NCBI RefSeq assembly: GCF_006345805.1
Contig: NC_043016.1
Span: 14,322,001-14,386,000 of the forward strand
Reading direction: 5' to 3'
Source: Octopus sinensis
Lineage: Eukaryota
Length of the DNA stretch: 64,000 nucleotides
The notes beneath the pieces were generated by a model. It saw nothing but the letters and a program-made list of their open reading frames with translations. It was not told where the DNA came from and searched no databases. Of the stretch, positions 13,384 to 25,963 are shown one piece after another (within the stretch, counting starts at the first letter, position 1; every line of letters starts with the position of its first letter). The translations under genes were made by a program, and so were the position numbers.

Positions 13384-14025
13384 ATTATTCATATAAAAAT
13401 ACAGTGCTCATTTAAACACATAAGGGATGGCCATAACAGGACATCTGACTCGCTAGAAAGAGTAGTTAAACTACAAACCACTATTAGGGGTAATTTCGAA
13501 AGGGAATGAAAAATAAAAACATTTACCCTATATTTCCTGGACTATGCATAGTTTCAAGCAACCTTTTGTAAATAAAATAATTTAACAATTGGCGAAGCTC
13601 TCATCAGCAGGAAAGTCAAGAACATGCCTCATGTTTATATGTTACAATTTTTCAAAATCCACCGTGCACATGCGGTTTTTTATCAGCAGCAAATACAAAA
13701 AATGTCGATTTTCTTTCAAAATTACCCAAAAAACATTTTATCATTAATTAATAAATCTTTAAGTAGCAAAAAAAATTTAGAAAAATTCTTTGCTACCAGT
13801 GGTCTGTACTTTTCATTCCCTTTCAAAATTACCCCCAATAGTTGTTTGTAGTTTAACTACTCTTTCTAGCGAGTCAGATGTCCTGTTATGGCCATCTCTT
13901 ATGTGTTTAAATGTACACTGAATTTTTATATGAATAATATATAATCTATTGACTAGTTTTTTCTTCTCACTAGACCACTGGTAGCAAAGAATTTTCTAAA
14001 CTTTTTGCTACCCTAAGATTTATTA

Positions 14026-14028
<3 letters not shown>
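13384..14028. repeat. Two overlapping inverted-repeat pairs (13384-13512 / 13810-13939 and 13743-13805 / 13972-14028)
   Basis: Reverse-complement matches read directly; flanked by microsatellites. Confidence 0.85.
13533..13614 (-). ncRNA. Type I hammerhead ribozyme, canonical core
   Basis: uuuccug-CUGAUGA-gagc[loop]gcuu-GAAA-cuaugcauag-UC-caggaaa: 7-bp stem I, stem II, palindromic stem III, GUC site. Confidence 0.85.
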
Positions 14029-14079
<51 letters not shown>

Positions 14080-14222
14080 GGAATTTACAAAAAAAACAAA
14101 AGACGAAGACGGGTGTGTAAACAACGAACAGATGTATTAGTTTATTGCTTGGAAAGTGAGAGTCTTTTATGTTTCGTGCCTATGCTCTTCAACAGAAAGG
14201 AACACAGAAATAAACACAGAGA

Positions 14223-14279
<57 letters not shown>

Positions 14280-14280
<1 letters not shown>

Positions 14281-15505
14281 GGTGCATTTGCTTTTAATAA
14301 TTCTGCAGAGAAAGAGGCTTGGAGATGCCATTATGAAAGACTGCTGAAGAACATGGAGAATTAATGGGAGGAGGAGACCCTGCTAAATGTTGACTCAATT
14401 GAGGGACCATCTACTTGAATAGACAGTACCCTGGTAAATAAAACAATTAGGGATATGAAGACAGGAAAAGCCTCTGGCCTACTCAAGATCACAACTGAGA
14501 TACTTAAAATATATGATGGTGTGGGTTTTGGTCTAGTCACCTGTATTATAAATCAGGTGGTTCATGAAGGAGTCATACCCAATTATTGGTGGAGCAGCAC
14601 CATAGTCAACTGCTATAAAGGTAAAGCTGATGCCTTAGATAGAAATAACTACAGGGTATCAAATTATTGGATCAGGTGATGAAAGTTACCGCATAGCCCA
14701 ACTAATTAAGGAGAGAGTTAGCCTAGATGAGATGCAGTTTGGTTTTGTGCCAGGTAGAAGCACCATTGATTCTATATTTCTGGTAAGACAATTGCAGGAG
14801 AAATACCTAGCCAAAGATAAACCTCTGTACTTGGCTTTTGTTGACTTGGAGAAAGACTTTGACAGAGTCCCCTGATCCCTTATCTGGTGGTCAATGCAGA
14901 AATTAGGAATAGATGAGTGGTTGGTGAGAGCTGTACAAGCCTTGTATAGGGACACTACCAGTAAGGTGAGGGGAGACAATGAGTACAGCTGAGAATTCAG
15001 GGTACAAATTGGGGTTCACCAAGGATCAGTGCTCAGCCCCCTCTTGTTCATCATAGTCCTTCAAGCAGTAACAGAGGAATTGAAGACAGACTGCCCCTGG
15101 GAGCTCCTCTGTGCTGATGACCTTGCTCTTATAGCTGAATCATTACCTGAACTAGAGAAGAAGTTCCAGGTATGGAAGCAAGGTCTAGAATCAAAGGACC
15201 TTAAAGTTAACCTAGCAAAAACCAAAGTCATAGTGAGTAGGAAGGTAGGCAAATCACAAATCCCTTCAGGCAGATAGATCTGCTCGATCTGTAGAAAAGA
15301 TGTACATAGAAACTCCAAGATGCACTAGTGTAAGCTTTGGACATACAAAAGGTGCAGCAACATCAGAGGAAGGTTAACAAGGAAACTAACTTTTGTATGT
15401 GGAAGGTGGACAGGTACAATAAACACTGAAAATGCACAGAGAATAGACTCCATCAACTTCCAGTGGGGCAAGCTAGATGTAGTAGATAGCTTCCAGTATC
15501 TTGGC
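14280..15505 (+). mobile_element. Degenerate RTE RT fragment including PHD-finger remnant
   Basis: EAWRCHYERLL, MKTGKASG, LSPLLFIIVLQ, CPWELLCADD with stops and frameshifts. Confidence 0.9.
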
Positions 15506-16738
15506 TTCATAAAGGCTTTTGATAAGTCAGATCATGGTATATGTCACATGCTGTGAGATCTTGGCATAGCTGGTTAACTGGGAAAGTGGTTGCATGACTT
15601 CCTTAAAGAGAGAAGTCAGGCAGTTGCAGCCAATGGTGCCCTCTCTGAGGAAACTCAAATTCTAAGTGGCGTCCCCCAGGGAACTGTCTTGGGGCCCTTA
15701 CTGTTTATAATAGCTCTCTTAGACACGCCCATGGTTACTTAGACAGCCACTGTCACTAGCTGTGCTGATAATACAAAATTATCATAGGCAATAAAGAATC
15801 CAGAATGAAATATACAATTGGGCTGAAATAAACAACATGCGGTTTAATGCTGGAAAATTTCAAGCACTATGCTGTCAGCTCACAAATATACCACAGCTTG
15901 CATATCCAGGACCCAAAGGCACTGCAATCCCAGAGTCACAGGCAATGAGAGACTTGGGGATCATATGTAGATTAATCAAGATGGCAGCAAAGTGAAGACA
16001 TCTGGCAGGATGGATACAAAGGTTCTTCAAGACAAGAGACCAAAAGGTTATGTTGACCCTGTGGAGGACCTTTATTCTCAACTGTCTGCACTACTGCTCT
16101 CAGCTATGGTCATCATGTAATGCCACACTAACAGCAGAGCTTGAAGTGGTCCAACATCACTACATTAAAAAGACTGTAACCATGCAGCAGATGAGCTACA
16201 GGGAAAGGCCGAAAAAACTGTGACTTTACTCCCTGGAATGAAGACGTGAGAGATATGTAATAATCTACATATGGAAAACTCCAGAAGGGCTAGTGCCTAA
16301 TTTTGGGATTGTGTGTTATACAAATGCCCAAACTGGACACTGTTGTATTGTACCAAAGGTACCCTCCACTCCATCTAAATTCAGGACCAGGTACTGCAAT
16401 AGCTTAGGGCTCAAAGGCTCACAGTTCTTCAATGCCTTGCCACAAAAATGAAGAAACATACACAATGTGGACGTAAATGTCTTCAAAAAGGAAATTGACA
16501 ATCTCCATTCCAAAATACTGGATGAACCAACAACCTGGCATGAGGTCAGTGATATCAAACTCCTTCATACACGAAATGGGCCAACACTCTGGGAAAAGCA
16601 CATGCAGGAGTAGTGATGTGAAATCCCACTGGCTTGAAGAAATCAACCAAAGAAGCATTGTACATAAAAGTGAAGAATCACAGTGGTGCTCCAGCATGAC
16701 TGAAGCTGTGTGGCTGAAACAAACTAAAGAATAAAGAA
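15506..16738 (+). mobile_element. 5'-truncated CR1/L2-group LINE RT fragment with 3' end
   Basis: Reads KAFDK.DHG, SGVPQGTVLGPLLFII, FNAGKFQ, LYSLE.RRERY; ends ...ggtgctccagcatg...ctgaaacaaactaaagaataaagaa. Confidence 0.75.
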
Positions 16739-17849
16739 CATCATCGTCATCGTTTAATGTCCACTTTCCATACTGGCATGGGTTGGACGGTTTGACTGGG
16801 GTCTAGCAAGCCAGGAGGCTGCACCAGGCTCAGTCTGATTTGGCAAAGTTTCTACAGCTGGATGCCCTTCCTAAAACCAACCACTCCAAGAGTGTAGTGG
16901 GTGCTTTTTATGTGCCACCAGAATGGTAGTCAGTCTGGTGGCACTGACATCGACTACACTTGAATGATGCTTTATACATGCTGCTGACACGGGTGCCAGT
17001 CAGGTGGCATTGGCATCAGCCATGCTCTTATGGTGCTTTTTACATGCCACCAGCATGGGGAGAGCCAGTAGAAAACATTGCCTGAGGTGCCACCAGTGGG
17101 ATTGAACTTAGAATCATGTGTTTAAGAAGTAAACTTCTTAGCACAGCCACATGATTATCATTTTTAACAATTTACTTTGCATTTTACTTTTAATAATTGG
17201 ATGCATTCCTTTTACTTTTTTTTTCTTACTCACCTGTATTACCTACCTGATAACAAGATAGGATTTTGTTGAATGTTTACAAAACCTTGATTCTTTAGTT
17301 TGAAAATATCTCAAAAACAGCATAGACTGTGACATATAATTTACTATGGAGTACATTACAACAGGACAGTATTAAGAATACATTAGTAACAAACTTCCGT
17401 TCTTGAATAGTGATAAAATAAAATAAGAAATTAAGAATTACTGATAAGGCTTTTTATCTATACTTTGTCAAGCAAAACATATTCAAGTCAACATTCCACT
17501 TAGTAAAGCAAATTTTTACAAAAGGTATGAAGGAAATGTAGGGAAAAAAATACCCCATTGAATTCAGTCGATCGGGTAATTCAAAGAATGAAGCAAACCT
17601 AAAAAGCTGCTCGGCTTTCTGTCTTGACTTTTATCTCAAACTATGTTGAATCCTTTGTAAATATTCATCTAAGCCTACTATATTATTATGACATCAAACG
17701 ATCAAAAAAATAACAGACATTTATTCTTGACAAGAAAAAATTTGTTAACAAAGATGAAACAAGCACAAAGGTACATACTAAAATTATGAATCTAAAAGTC
17801 AATAAATATAAACAACCAAACTGTATAGTATGTACCTATATATAATGTT

Positions 17850-17899
<50 letters not shown>

Positions 17900-17902
17900 G
17901 TT

Positions 17903-17944
<42 letters not shown>

Positions 17945-18534
17945 GTACCACAAGGAGCCATTCTGTGTATAGCCCCTTGTGGGTAATAAAAAATCATGTA
18001 TAATATGTATCTATATTTCAGAAGGTCCCAAATTTCATTTAAGGAAGGACCTACTTTGTAAACCAAAACTAATTTTTCATGTAGCTCTGAAAATTTAATA
18101 TATATTTTAATATGCAAAGGCTACCAAGAAGTTTATATAGGCCTAAAAGACATGATATTCTGTGGAAGGATGAAATTACACCATCAACAAATTAGGGAGC
18201 CATACTCAAGAAATATTCCACTGAGTCAGTATACAGAGGGGTCTGATGCAACAAAGGTGTTAAGAGGTAAAGGATGTATTGATCAAGGATGCTTGAGTGG
18301 AGGAAGATTGACACTAGCCAACTCCAGGGAACAGAGGCCATTATAATAACAATAGAAAATCCGTGAAAGAGATAGCACCCACTACACTTTCAGAGTGGTT
18401 GGCATGTTTCTTAGTGATTTAATCCTATTCAGTAAAATGTCTGTGCATGTAACAACAGTACTATCCCAGATGTAGATTCATAATTGTAAGCTGAAATATT
18501 TTCTTACCCTTAAGAGAAAGGCCAGTATTTAGGA

Positions 18535-18926
18535 TTCAGTTTGGACGTTATCAAAGAAGCTTGAGAGGCGGTTGGATGGAACCTACACTCGCCTCCTTAT
18601 GAGAGCTCAAAATCTCTCGTGGAAGCGCCATCCAACCAAAATGCAAATATATGGGAAACTACCACCTGTGTCATCTCTTGTGAAAGGTGGGAGAGTCCAG
18701 TTTGCTGGACATTGTTGTAGAGCTGAAAAAGAGGTAATTTCTACTCTTCTCCTCTGGAAGCCATCTACTCGCAATACCAGAGGGCACACACTCTCCTACC
18801 CTGATGTAATCTCCAGGGATACAGGCATCCAGCAACAGGACCTCCGTAATGCCATGATGGACCGTGAAGTCTGGCGTAGCCAGGTAAATTCCATTGTCTC
18901 GACCACGGTCGAACAATGATGATGAT
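18535..18926 (+). mobile_element. 3' end of a second RTE-like LINE family
   Basis: LDGTYTRLLMRAQNLSWKRHPT...QFAGHCCRAEKE...AMMDREVWR followed by a (gat)n tail. Confidence 0.75.
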
Positions 18927-19558
18927 AGGATTCAGTCCTTGAGACCTAAATGTGTTAAGGATGTGCTTTCACCAGTAGAGATCTTTAGTGATAGTGAAGC
19001 CCAACATTTGGATTAATCATGAGGTTTCTTGTTGAGTGTCATTCATGTTTGATGAGGTGTCGTAATATTTTTTTGATATAAGATTGGCATATCCCCAGTA
19101 GAGGGTGTTCTATTGGTCTCTGTTCATACCTTCAATGCAAGTTTGGTGTCTTAAGTTGTGTGTGATGATGTATAGTTGAGAAAGGGTAAGGCAGGAATGA
19201 AAGGTTTGTATCATTTGCATAAGAGTAGGTACTGCCAGATATTGTGGCGAGTGAGTTGGGGGATAAAACTGGAATCTGGAGTTGGTTGAAGGTGAAGCAG
19301 AGAGAACTGTGAAGTAATAACATGTTCTGATGGAAAGCTACTGATTCAAGAGATAAGAGATGGTTTGAGCCTGTATGCGGGAAGTTTTGGTGGGGAATTT
19401 GCATGCAAGACATGGTTAAAGGCTTTTCAATAACATTATTTTCATTGAACATCTGTAAAACAAGAGTCCACGGTCGAGCGACATAACAGAGTTGGTCTTC
19501 AGTGGATCTGGCGCTGTGGGAGCCATGTTGATGACTGCTAGAGTGACAGTCTTGATGT

Positions 19559-19597
<39 letters not shown>

Positions 19598-19949
19598 TCA
19601 TGACTCAAGTTTCATGTGACCATGATCTTCAGGTGAAAATTGTTGCAACTTAGTGGTGTACGTTGTGAGTGTGATTTCTTGCTTATGTCTGTTAACTGGT
19701 TTACTTATTGTCTTTGCTTATATTTATTGCTATTCTTGTTCCTCTTCATTGGTTACTTTTGTGGCCTGGTGTTTACTATCCTTAAAGAGACATCTATATT
19801 ATAATGGAGAAAGCTGCTCAATTAGTTATGTAACAGTTACTAAAAGAAAGCAATTATCAAAGGCTTAACCGTCTAGAAAATTTTTTTATAAATCCATGTT
19901 CCAAGAAATTTCCTGTATTTTCAATTTCTGAAGTTTATTGAATATTTGA

Positions 19950-20762
19950 TTGGCAGTGAAACATGGGCTGTGACTGCTAAGGACATGCATAGGCTTGAAA
20001 GAAATGAAGCTAGTATGCTCCACTAGTTGTATAATGCCAGTGTGCATACACAACAGAGTGTAAGTGCCCTGAGAGAAAAGTTAGTCAAAAGAAGCATCAA
20101 GTGTGATGTGCAAGAGAGATGACTGTGCAGGTATGGTCATGTGTTGCGTATGGATGAGGAGAGCTGTGTGAAGAAGTGTCACACCCTAACAGTGGAGGGA
20201 ACCTGTGGAAGAGGTAGACTCAGGAAGATATGGGATTTGGTGGTGATGCATGACCTTCAAATGTTAAGCCCCACAGAGGCAATGACATGCTTGAGAAGAC
20301 ATGCCATGCTTGAGAAGACCTGGCAAGCCAAGTGAGATCGTAGCCATGGCTAATGCCAGTGTCACATAGCTGGCCCATTTAAAAGCACCCTTCAATTGTT
20401 GGACAATACGCCGTGCTTGTGAAGACCTGTTGAACCAGGGGGAATCATAGTCGTGGCCAATGCCAGTTCCGCCTGACTGGCACCCATTCCGGTGGCATGT
20501 GAAAAGGACCGTATGAGCGTGGTTGATGCACCATCCAAGCATGACTGATACCAGTGCTGCCTGACAGGCTCCTGTGCAAATGGCACATAAAAAGCACCCA
20601 CTACACTTTCAGTGTGGTTGGCATTAGAAAGGGCATCCAGCTGTAAAAACCTTGCCAAATTAGATTGAAGCCTGGTGCAGCCTCCTGGCTTGCCAGTCCT
20701 CAGTCAGACTGTCCAACCCATACCAGCATGGAAAGCGGACGTTAAACGATGGTGATGATGAT
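19950..20762 (+). mobile_element. 5'-truncated RTE copy
   Basis: RMDEESCVKKCHTLTVEGTCGRGR plus 3' UTR and gatgatg tail. Confidence 0.85.
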
Positions 20763-20813
20763 TCACTGTGGAGTAGATTTTAATGTTTAATAAACAATAT
20801 TATTCATTTGCCA

Positions 20814-20848
<35 letters not shown>

Positions 20849-21774
20849 CTCTATTTTCATTAATGATAATTTAATATATATTCATTTCAATGTTCTCATT
20901 TCAAGTTTTAATTCACTACTCTTTACTCTTTTACTCTTTTACTTGTTTCAGTCATTTGACTGCGGCCATGCTGGAGCACCGCCTTTAGTTGAGCAATTCG
21001 ACCCCAGGACTTATTCTTTGTAAGCCCAGTACTTATTCTATCGGTCTCTTTTGCCGAACCACTAAGTAACGGGGACATAACACACATGGATGCATATATA
21101 TATATACATATATACGACGGGCTTCTTTCAGTTTCCGTCTACCAAATCCACTCACAAGGCTTTGGTCGGCCCGAGGCTATAGTAGAAGACGCTTGCCCAA
21201 GGTGCCATGCAGTGGGACTGAACCCGGAACCATGTGGTTGGTAAACAAGCTACTTACCACACAGCCACTCTTGCGCCTATTTGCAAAGCCCACAATTTAT
21301 TCTATAAACGTAATGTAAAAAAATTATTTATTAAATGAATGAATGCTATTATATAAAATAGCTGTATAACTTTGAGGCTTATGATATGAGGCACAATTTC
21401 AAGAATATCAGTTTCTAGAGTTTGTTAAATGAATATTTTTGATAAAATGAATTTTTTTTTAATATACTGATATAATTTTTTTAAAAAATAAAGAAATGAT
21501 TTTGTTGGTATGGCTGTTTGGAACACCATAATCCTTACATTAATAACTATGTGGTCACTGCTATTTCTAGCATGCTAAATGTAGTTGGGTTTCCTTGAAG
21601 TTTGTTTAAATTTTACAACTACAATAAATTACTGAAAGAAATATTTACTAAGCAAGATTTTTTATAAATTGAATTTTTCAGGAAAATTTACTTTCTAAAA
21701 TTCCTTTTATTGTTGAATATTTCAAGTTCACTAATTTAAATATTCAGAACAAGATAGTTTTTAATAAGTTTAAC

Positions 21775-21892
21775 TCTCCGGAAAATTTTATAGGTTTGAC
21801 TCTGAGGAAAATTTTATAGGTTTGACTGAGGAAAATTTTAGAGGTTTGAGCCTGTTAAAAGTTTTATAGGTTTGACTCTCTGGAAAATTTTA
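21775..21892 (+). repeat. Degenerate ~26-28-bp minisatellite
   Basis: Repeated ggaaaattttataggtttgactc. Confidence 0.8.
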
Positions 21893-22062
21893 ATAAATTC
21901 CTGTTAATATATATTGATGAAAAACCAGTTTCAAAGCATCTGTTATTATTTAATATCACGCATTTAAATTCATTGCCAAGCTTTATGTTCACTGCAGAGT
22001 AGGTTTTAACATTTGATAAACTATATTATGTTCTGGCAAAATTTTTGTTTTCATTTGTAACT

Positions 22063-22300
<238 letters not shown>

Positions 22301-23149
22301 TTCATTCTAATAATTTACTTATATATTAATTGCAATTTTTTTCCTTTCAAGTTTTATTTCGTTATTTCAGATGAGGAAATCAGGTATTTTGTTGACTTAA
22401 ATTCGCTATGTAAATTCCTTCAGTTTATTGTTTATACATACTAGAAAAAAAATTATATTGGACAACTTATTAAAACTTACTGAAGCTTTGAACTCACGTG
22501 ACTTATTTCCTTTCCATTATTATCTAAGAATTATCAAGTGAATTTGTTTCTATGGCTATTAATGCTATAGGTATTAAAATTCTCTATGCAATTGTTACTT
22601 TTTTTTTTTGCCCACTAAACATAGTTGGACTACCTTAAAGTTTGTTTAAAAAAGAGAGATTGTGACTTTGATAATGAAAGCAATTTTTACTAAGAAAGTG
22701 AGTGCTATTATACAAAGAAATAATTAGATGTAAAACATCATAAAAATTATTAGAATTGGGAATCAAATGTGAAAATATTATCAAGGGGCCAGCAGAAAAA
22801 CCGCCTGGAGGGTGGTTTATCTGTTAGTGTTTTTAATTTGTTTTATTTTATATCTTTTTATTCAATTGTATAGTTACTGAAGTTAACTGTGAATATCATG
22901 TAGACTATTTGTATGATTTGGAGTCATGTTTTGTTGTGGTGTGTGTTGTATTTGCAAATATTGATGTTAATGGTAGAATGGTTTTGTTTGCATGAATTTT
23001 GTTTTTGTAAAGCTTAAGGGTTTTAAAACTTGTTTGCTTTATTGTGTGGACCTTTTGTATCTAACCATAAAAGGACATATTTACCTACTGAGGAGCTTAA
23101 GAATGCTTGATATTATAAATGGTATTTCATGGTTGAGTGGTTTTGAATT

Positions 23150-23530
23150 CTGTTTGTGTATTAAGAATTCAAAGGTTTTTGTGGTGTGAGGAATTTCATG
23201 TGGCTTACTGGACTTGTCTCTTAAAATAAAGATTTATATTTGTGTATTTCAATGGAATTTATGTAGTTTTGAAGCATAATTGTTTAAGTTTGTTTGCTTG
23301 TGTATTTATTATAGCCAAAACTTGCTTTTATCTTGGCTATCGATACTTGATTCGCTGTGCTTGGTTTCGTGTGTGTGCATGTGTTTTAGGCCAAGGCTTG
23401 TTTTTAATTCGTCTTCATGTATTTAAATGCGTGATCTGACCTGTGTATAACTGGTGTAATCTGTCCTGTGTATAACTGGCCTATGTATAACTAGGGCAGC
23501 TATGTTTAACTGGTAGATGCACATTGTGTG
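23150..23530 (-). mobile_element. Highly degenerate GIY-YIG (Penelope-like) remnant
   Basis: Minus strand atc tac cag tta aac...tgc cct agt..tac ata ggc cag reads IYQL...CPS.YIGQ across frameshifts. Confidence 0.4.
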
Positions 23531-24746
23531 TGTGTGTGTTTTAGTTAAGGCTTGTTTTGATTTGCTTTTTTTTTTGTGTCAGTATAAGCATCATTTACTA
23601 TGAATCTAATTTGGGTTGGTTGTTTGTGGTTTGATTATTTTTTTTGCACATGTATAATAGGCGCAGGAGTGGCTATAGGCGCAGGAGTGGCTGTGTGGTA
23701 AGTAGCTTGCTTACCAACCACATGATTCCGGGTTCAGTCCCACTGTGTGGCATCTTGGGCAAGTGTCTTCTGCTATAACCCCGGGCCAACCAATGCCTTG
23801 TGAGTGGATTTGGTAGACGGAAACTGAAAGAAGCCTGTCGTATATATGTATAAATATATATATATGTGTATGTGTGTGTGTTTGTGTGTGTGTGTTTGTC
23901 CCCCTAGCATTGCTTGACAACCGATGCTGGTGTGTTTACGTCCCCGTCACTTAGCGGTTCAGCAAAAGAGACCGATAGAATAAGTACTGGGCTTACAAAG
24001 AATAAGTCCCGGGGTCGATTTGCTCAACTAAAGGCAGTGCTCCAGCATGGCCACAGTCAAATGACTGAAACAAGTAAAAAGAGTAAAAAAAAAGAGAGAA
24101 ATGTGTATTGGAGCTTTGATTGTTCTCTTATCCAGCTTGTAGTTCAGATCAAAAATGAATTCAATAAATTTATCTAGATACCATCAGCAGGATATGATTT
24201 CATTCTTCTTGTTTTGTGGGTGGATGTTTTATATGGTTATGCGGTATTTCTTTGTGGTGCATAAGAAGTAGATTCTGGAATCATTTATATATGATGGTAA
24301 GCAGCTATTATTTCATCATCATCATCGTCATCATCATCATCATCATATCATCGTTTAATGTCCGCCTTCCATGCAGGCATGGGTTTCACAGTTTGACAGG
24401 AGCTGGTTGGGCAGAAGACTGCGCCAGGCTTCAGTGTCTGTTTTGGCATGGGTTTTATGGCTGGATGCACTTCCAAATGTGAAACACTTTGCAGTGTAGA
24501 CTGGATGCCTTTTATGTGGCACCAGCACTAGCAAGGTCACCAAGTAACCTGCAAGACAAAGATCCTTTGAGAGGGGAGGGGGAATTGGTGGAGGTGATGA
24601 TTAAAGGTTTATAGTAAGGCAGAAATAGGTGTCTTGCTGTAGCAGAGGTACAAGGTTACCTGGCTGGAGAGAGAGATTGATCAAGAATGAGGGCAGAAAC
24701 AGATGTGCTGTTGTAAAGGAGATATATGGTTACCCTGCCAGAGAGA

Positions 24747-24896
24747 AGAGCAGGAGAAGAAGAGAGAGTGGGAGACAGCAAGGGTTCAAGAGAGAGCAGG
24801 AGAAGAAGAGAGAGTGGGAGACAGCAAGGGTTCAAGAGAGAGCAGGAGAAGAAGAGAGAGTGGGAGACAGCAAGGGTTCAAGAGAGAGCAGGAGAG
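24747..24896 (+). repeat. 46-bp tandem repeat, ~3.3 identical units
   Basis: cagg recurs at 24751, 24797, 24843 and 24889. Confidence 0.95.
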
Positions 24897-25578
24897 AGAT
24901 GGTGGTGAAGTGCCAGGTATAATCACCAGAGACAGGAATCAAAATATAAACAGAATGGTCAAGTAAAACAGAAGTGAGAAATAGATGGTGGTATGTGCCA
25001 GGTCACGCTATTGAAGTATGGAGGTCATAATATAAGTAACAGGGCATTTGCCAAAGAAGTGTGAGTAGAGAGTGGGGGTGGGGAATGCAGTGAATGTGAA
25101 AACCTGGGTATATAGAGTTGGGTGGGGTTGGGGGCTACTGGATAGCAATGATACAGTGAACAGGCCGTGAGGACAGGATTGGGGAGCGAGGGGTAAGCAT
25201 AGTGCATGAAGGAGGAAATGTTAGGAAGAGAAGAGATGTAGTTTGGTTTGTTCAGACCTGATGAGTGCAAATCAGTCACTAGAAATTACTAATTCATTAT
25301 AAAGCAACAGCTTTCTACTAGCTCAGAGTTAACTCAGTATCTCTTATTGAGGATGATGTAATGATCTAGAAATGCTTCTAACGGTCCAATAATGGTGTAT
25401 CTGCACATTTTCTATAAGTAAGAAATTTTTTTCCATGATAAACTGCAGTGAAATTTCCTTTAGAAGTTAAAATGTGTCACGAACATTATAAATTGACCAA
25501 AAGTTCACTTATTTCTCAGTGCTGTTTTGCATGTGCCAGGTCACATTATGATATATTTATGCTACATGTAGAAAAAGT

Positions 25579-25963
25579 GGAGGTGCAATGGCCCAGTGGT
25601 TAGGGCAGCGGACTCGCGGTCATAGGATCATGGTTTCAATTCCCAGACCGGGCATTGTGAGTGTTTATTGAGCGAAAACACCTAAAAGCTCCACGAGGCT
25701 CCGGCAGGGGATGGTGGTGATCCCTGCTGTACTCTTTCACCACAACTTTCTCTCACTCTTACTTCCTGTTTCTGTTGTACCTGTATTTCAAAAGGGCTGG
25801 CCTTGTCACTCTCTGTGTCACGCTGAATATCCCCGAGAACTACGTTAAGGGTACACGTGTCTGTGGAGTGCTCAGCCACTTACACGTTAATTTCACGAGC
25901 AGGCTGTTCCGTTGATTCGGATCAACCGGAACCCTCGTCGTCGTAACCGACGGAGTGCTTCCA
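25579..25963 (+). mobile_element. tRNA-derived SINE family B (near-identical copy at 31909-32282; diverged copy at ~49870-50165)
   Basis: tggcccagtggttagggcagcggactc...gtttcaattccc head; the two main copies are almost identical over ~380 nt. Confidence 0.85.

Noticed and set aside
19132-19608. 158-aa ORF with SYANDTNL (YADD-like)
   Set aside because: Possibly an ancient LINE fragment but too degenerate to call; not a host gene.
24629-24966. Repetitive ORFs or CRISPR-like array
   Set aside because: A 46-bp head-to-tail tandem repeat with no unique spacers, in a eukaryotic context.
25255-25300. CTGATGA-gtg...cac-taGAAA motif
   Set aside because: Extra bases before GAAA and no stem I pairing; at best a decayed relic.
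25579-25655. tRNA gene
   Set aside because: tRNA-like head continues into a repeated SINE body and no full cloverleaf is seen.
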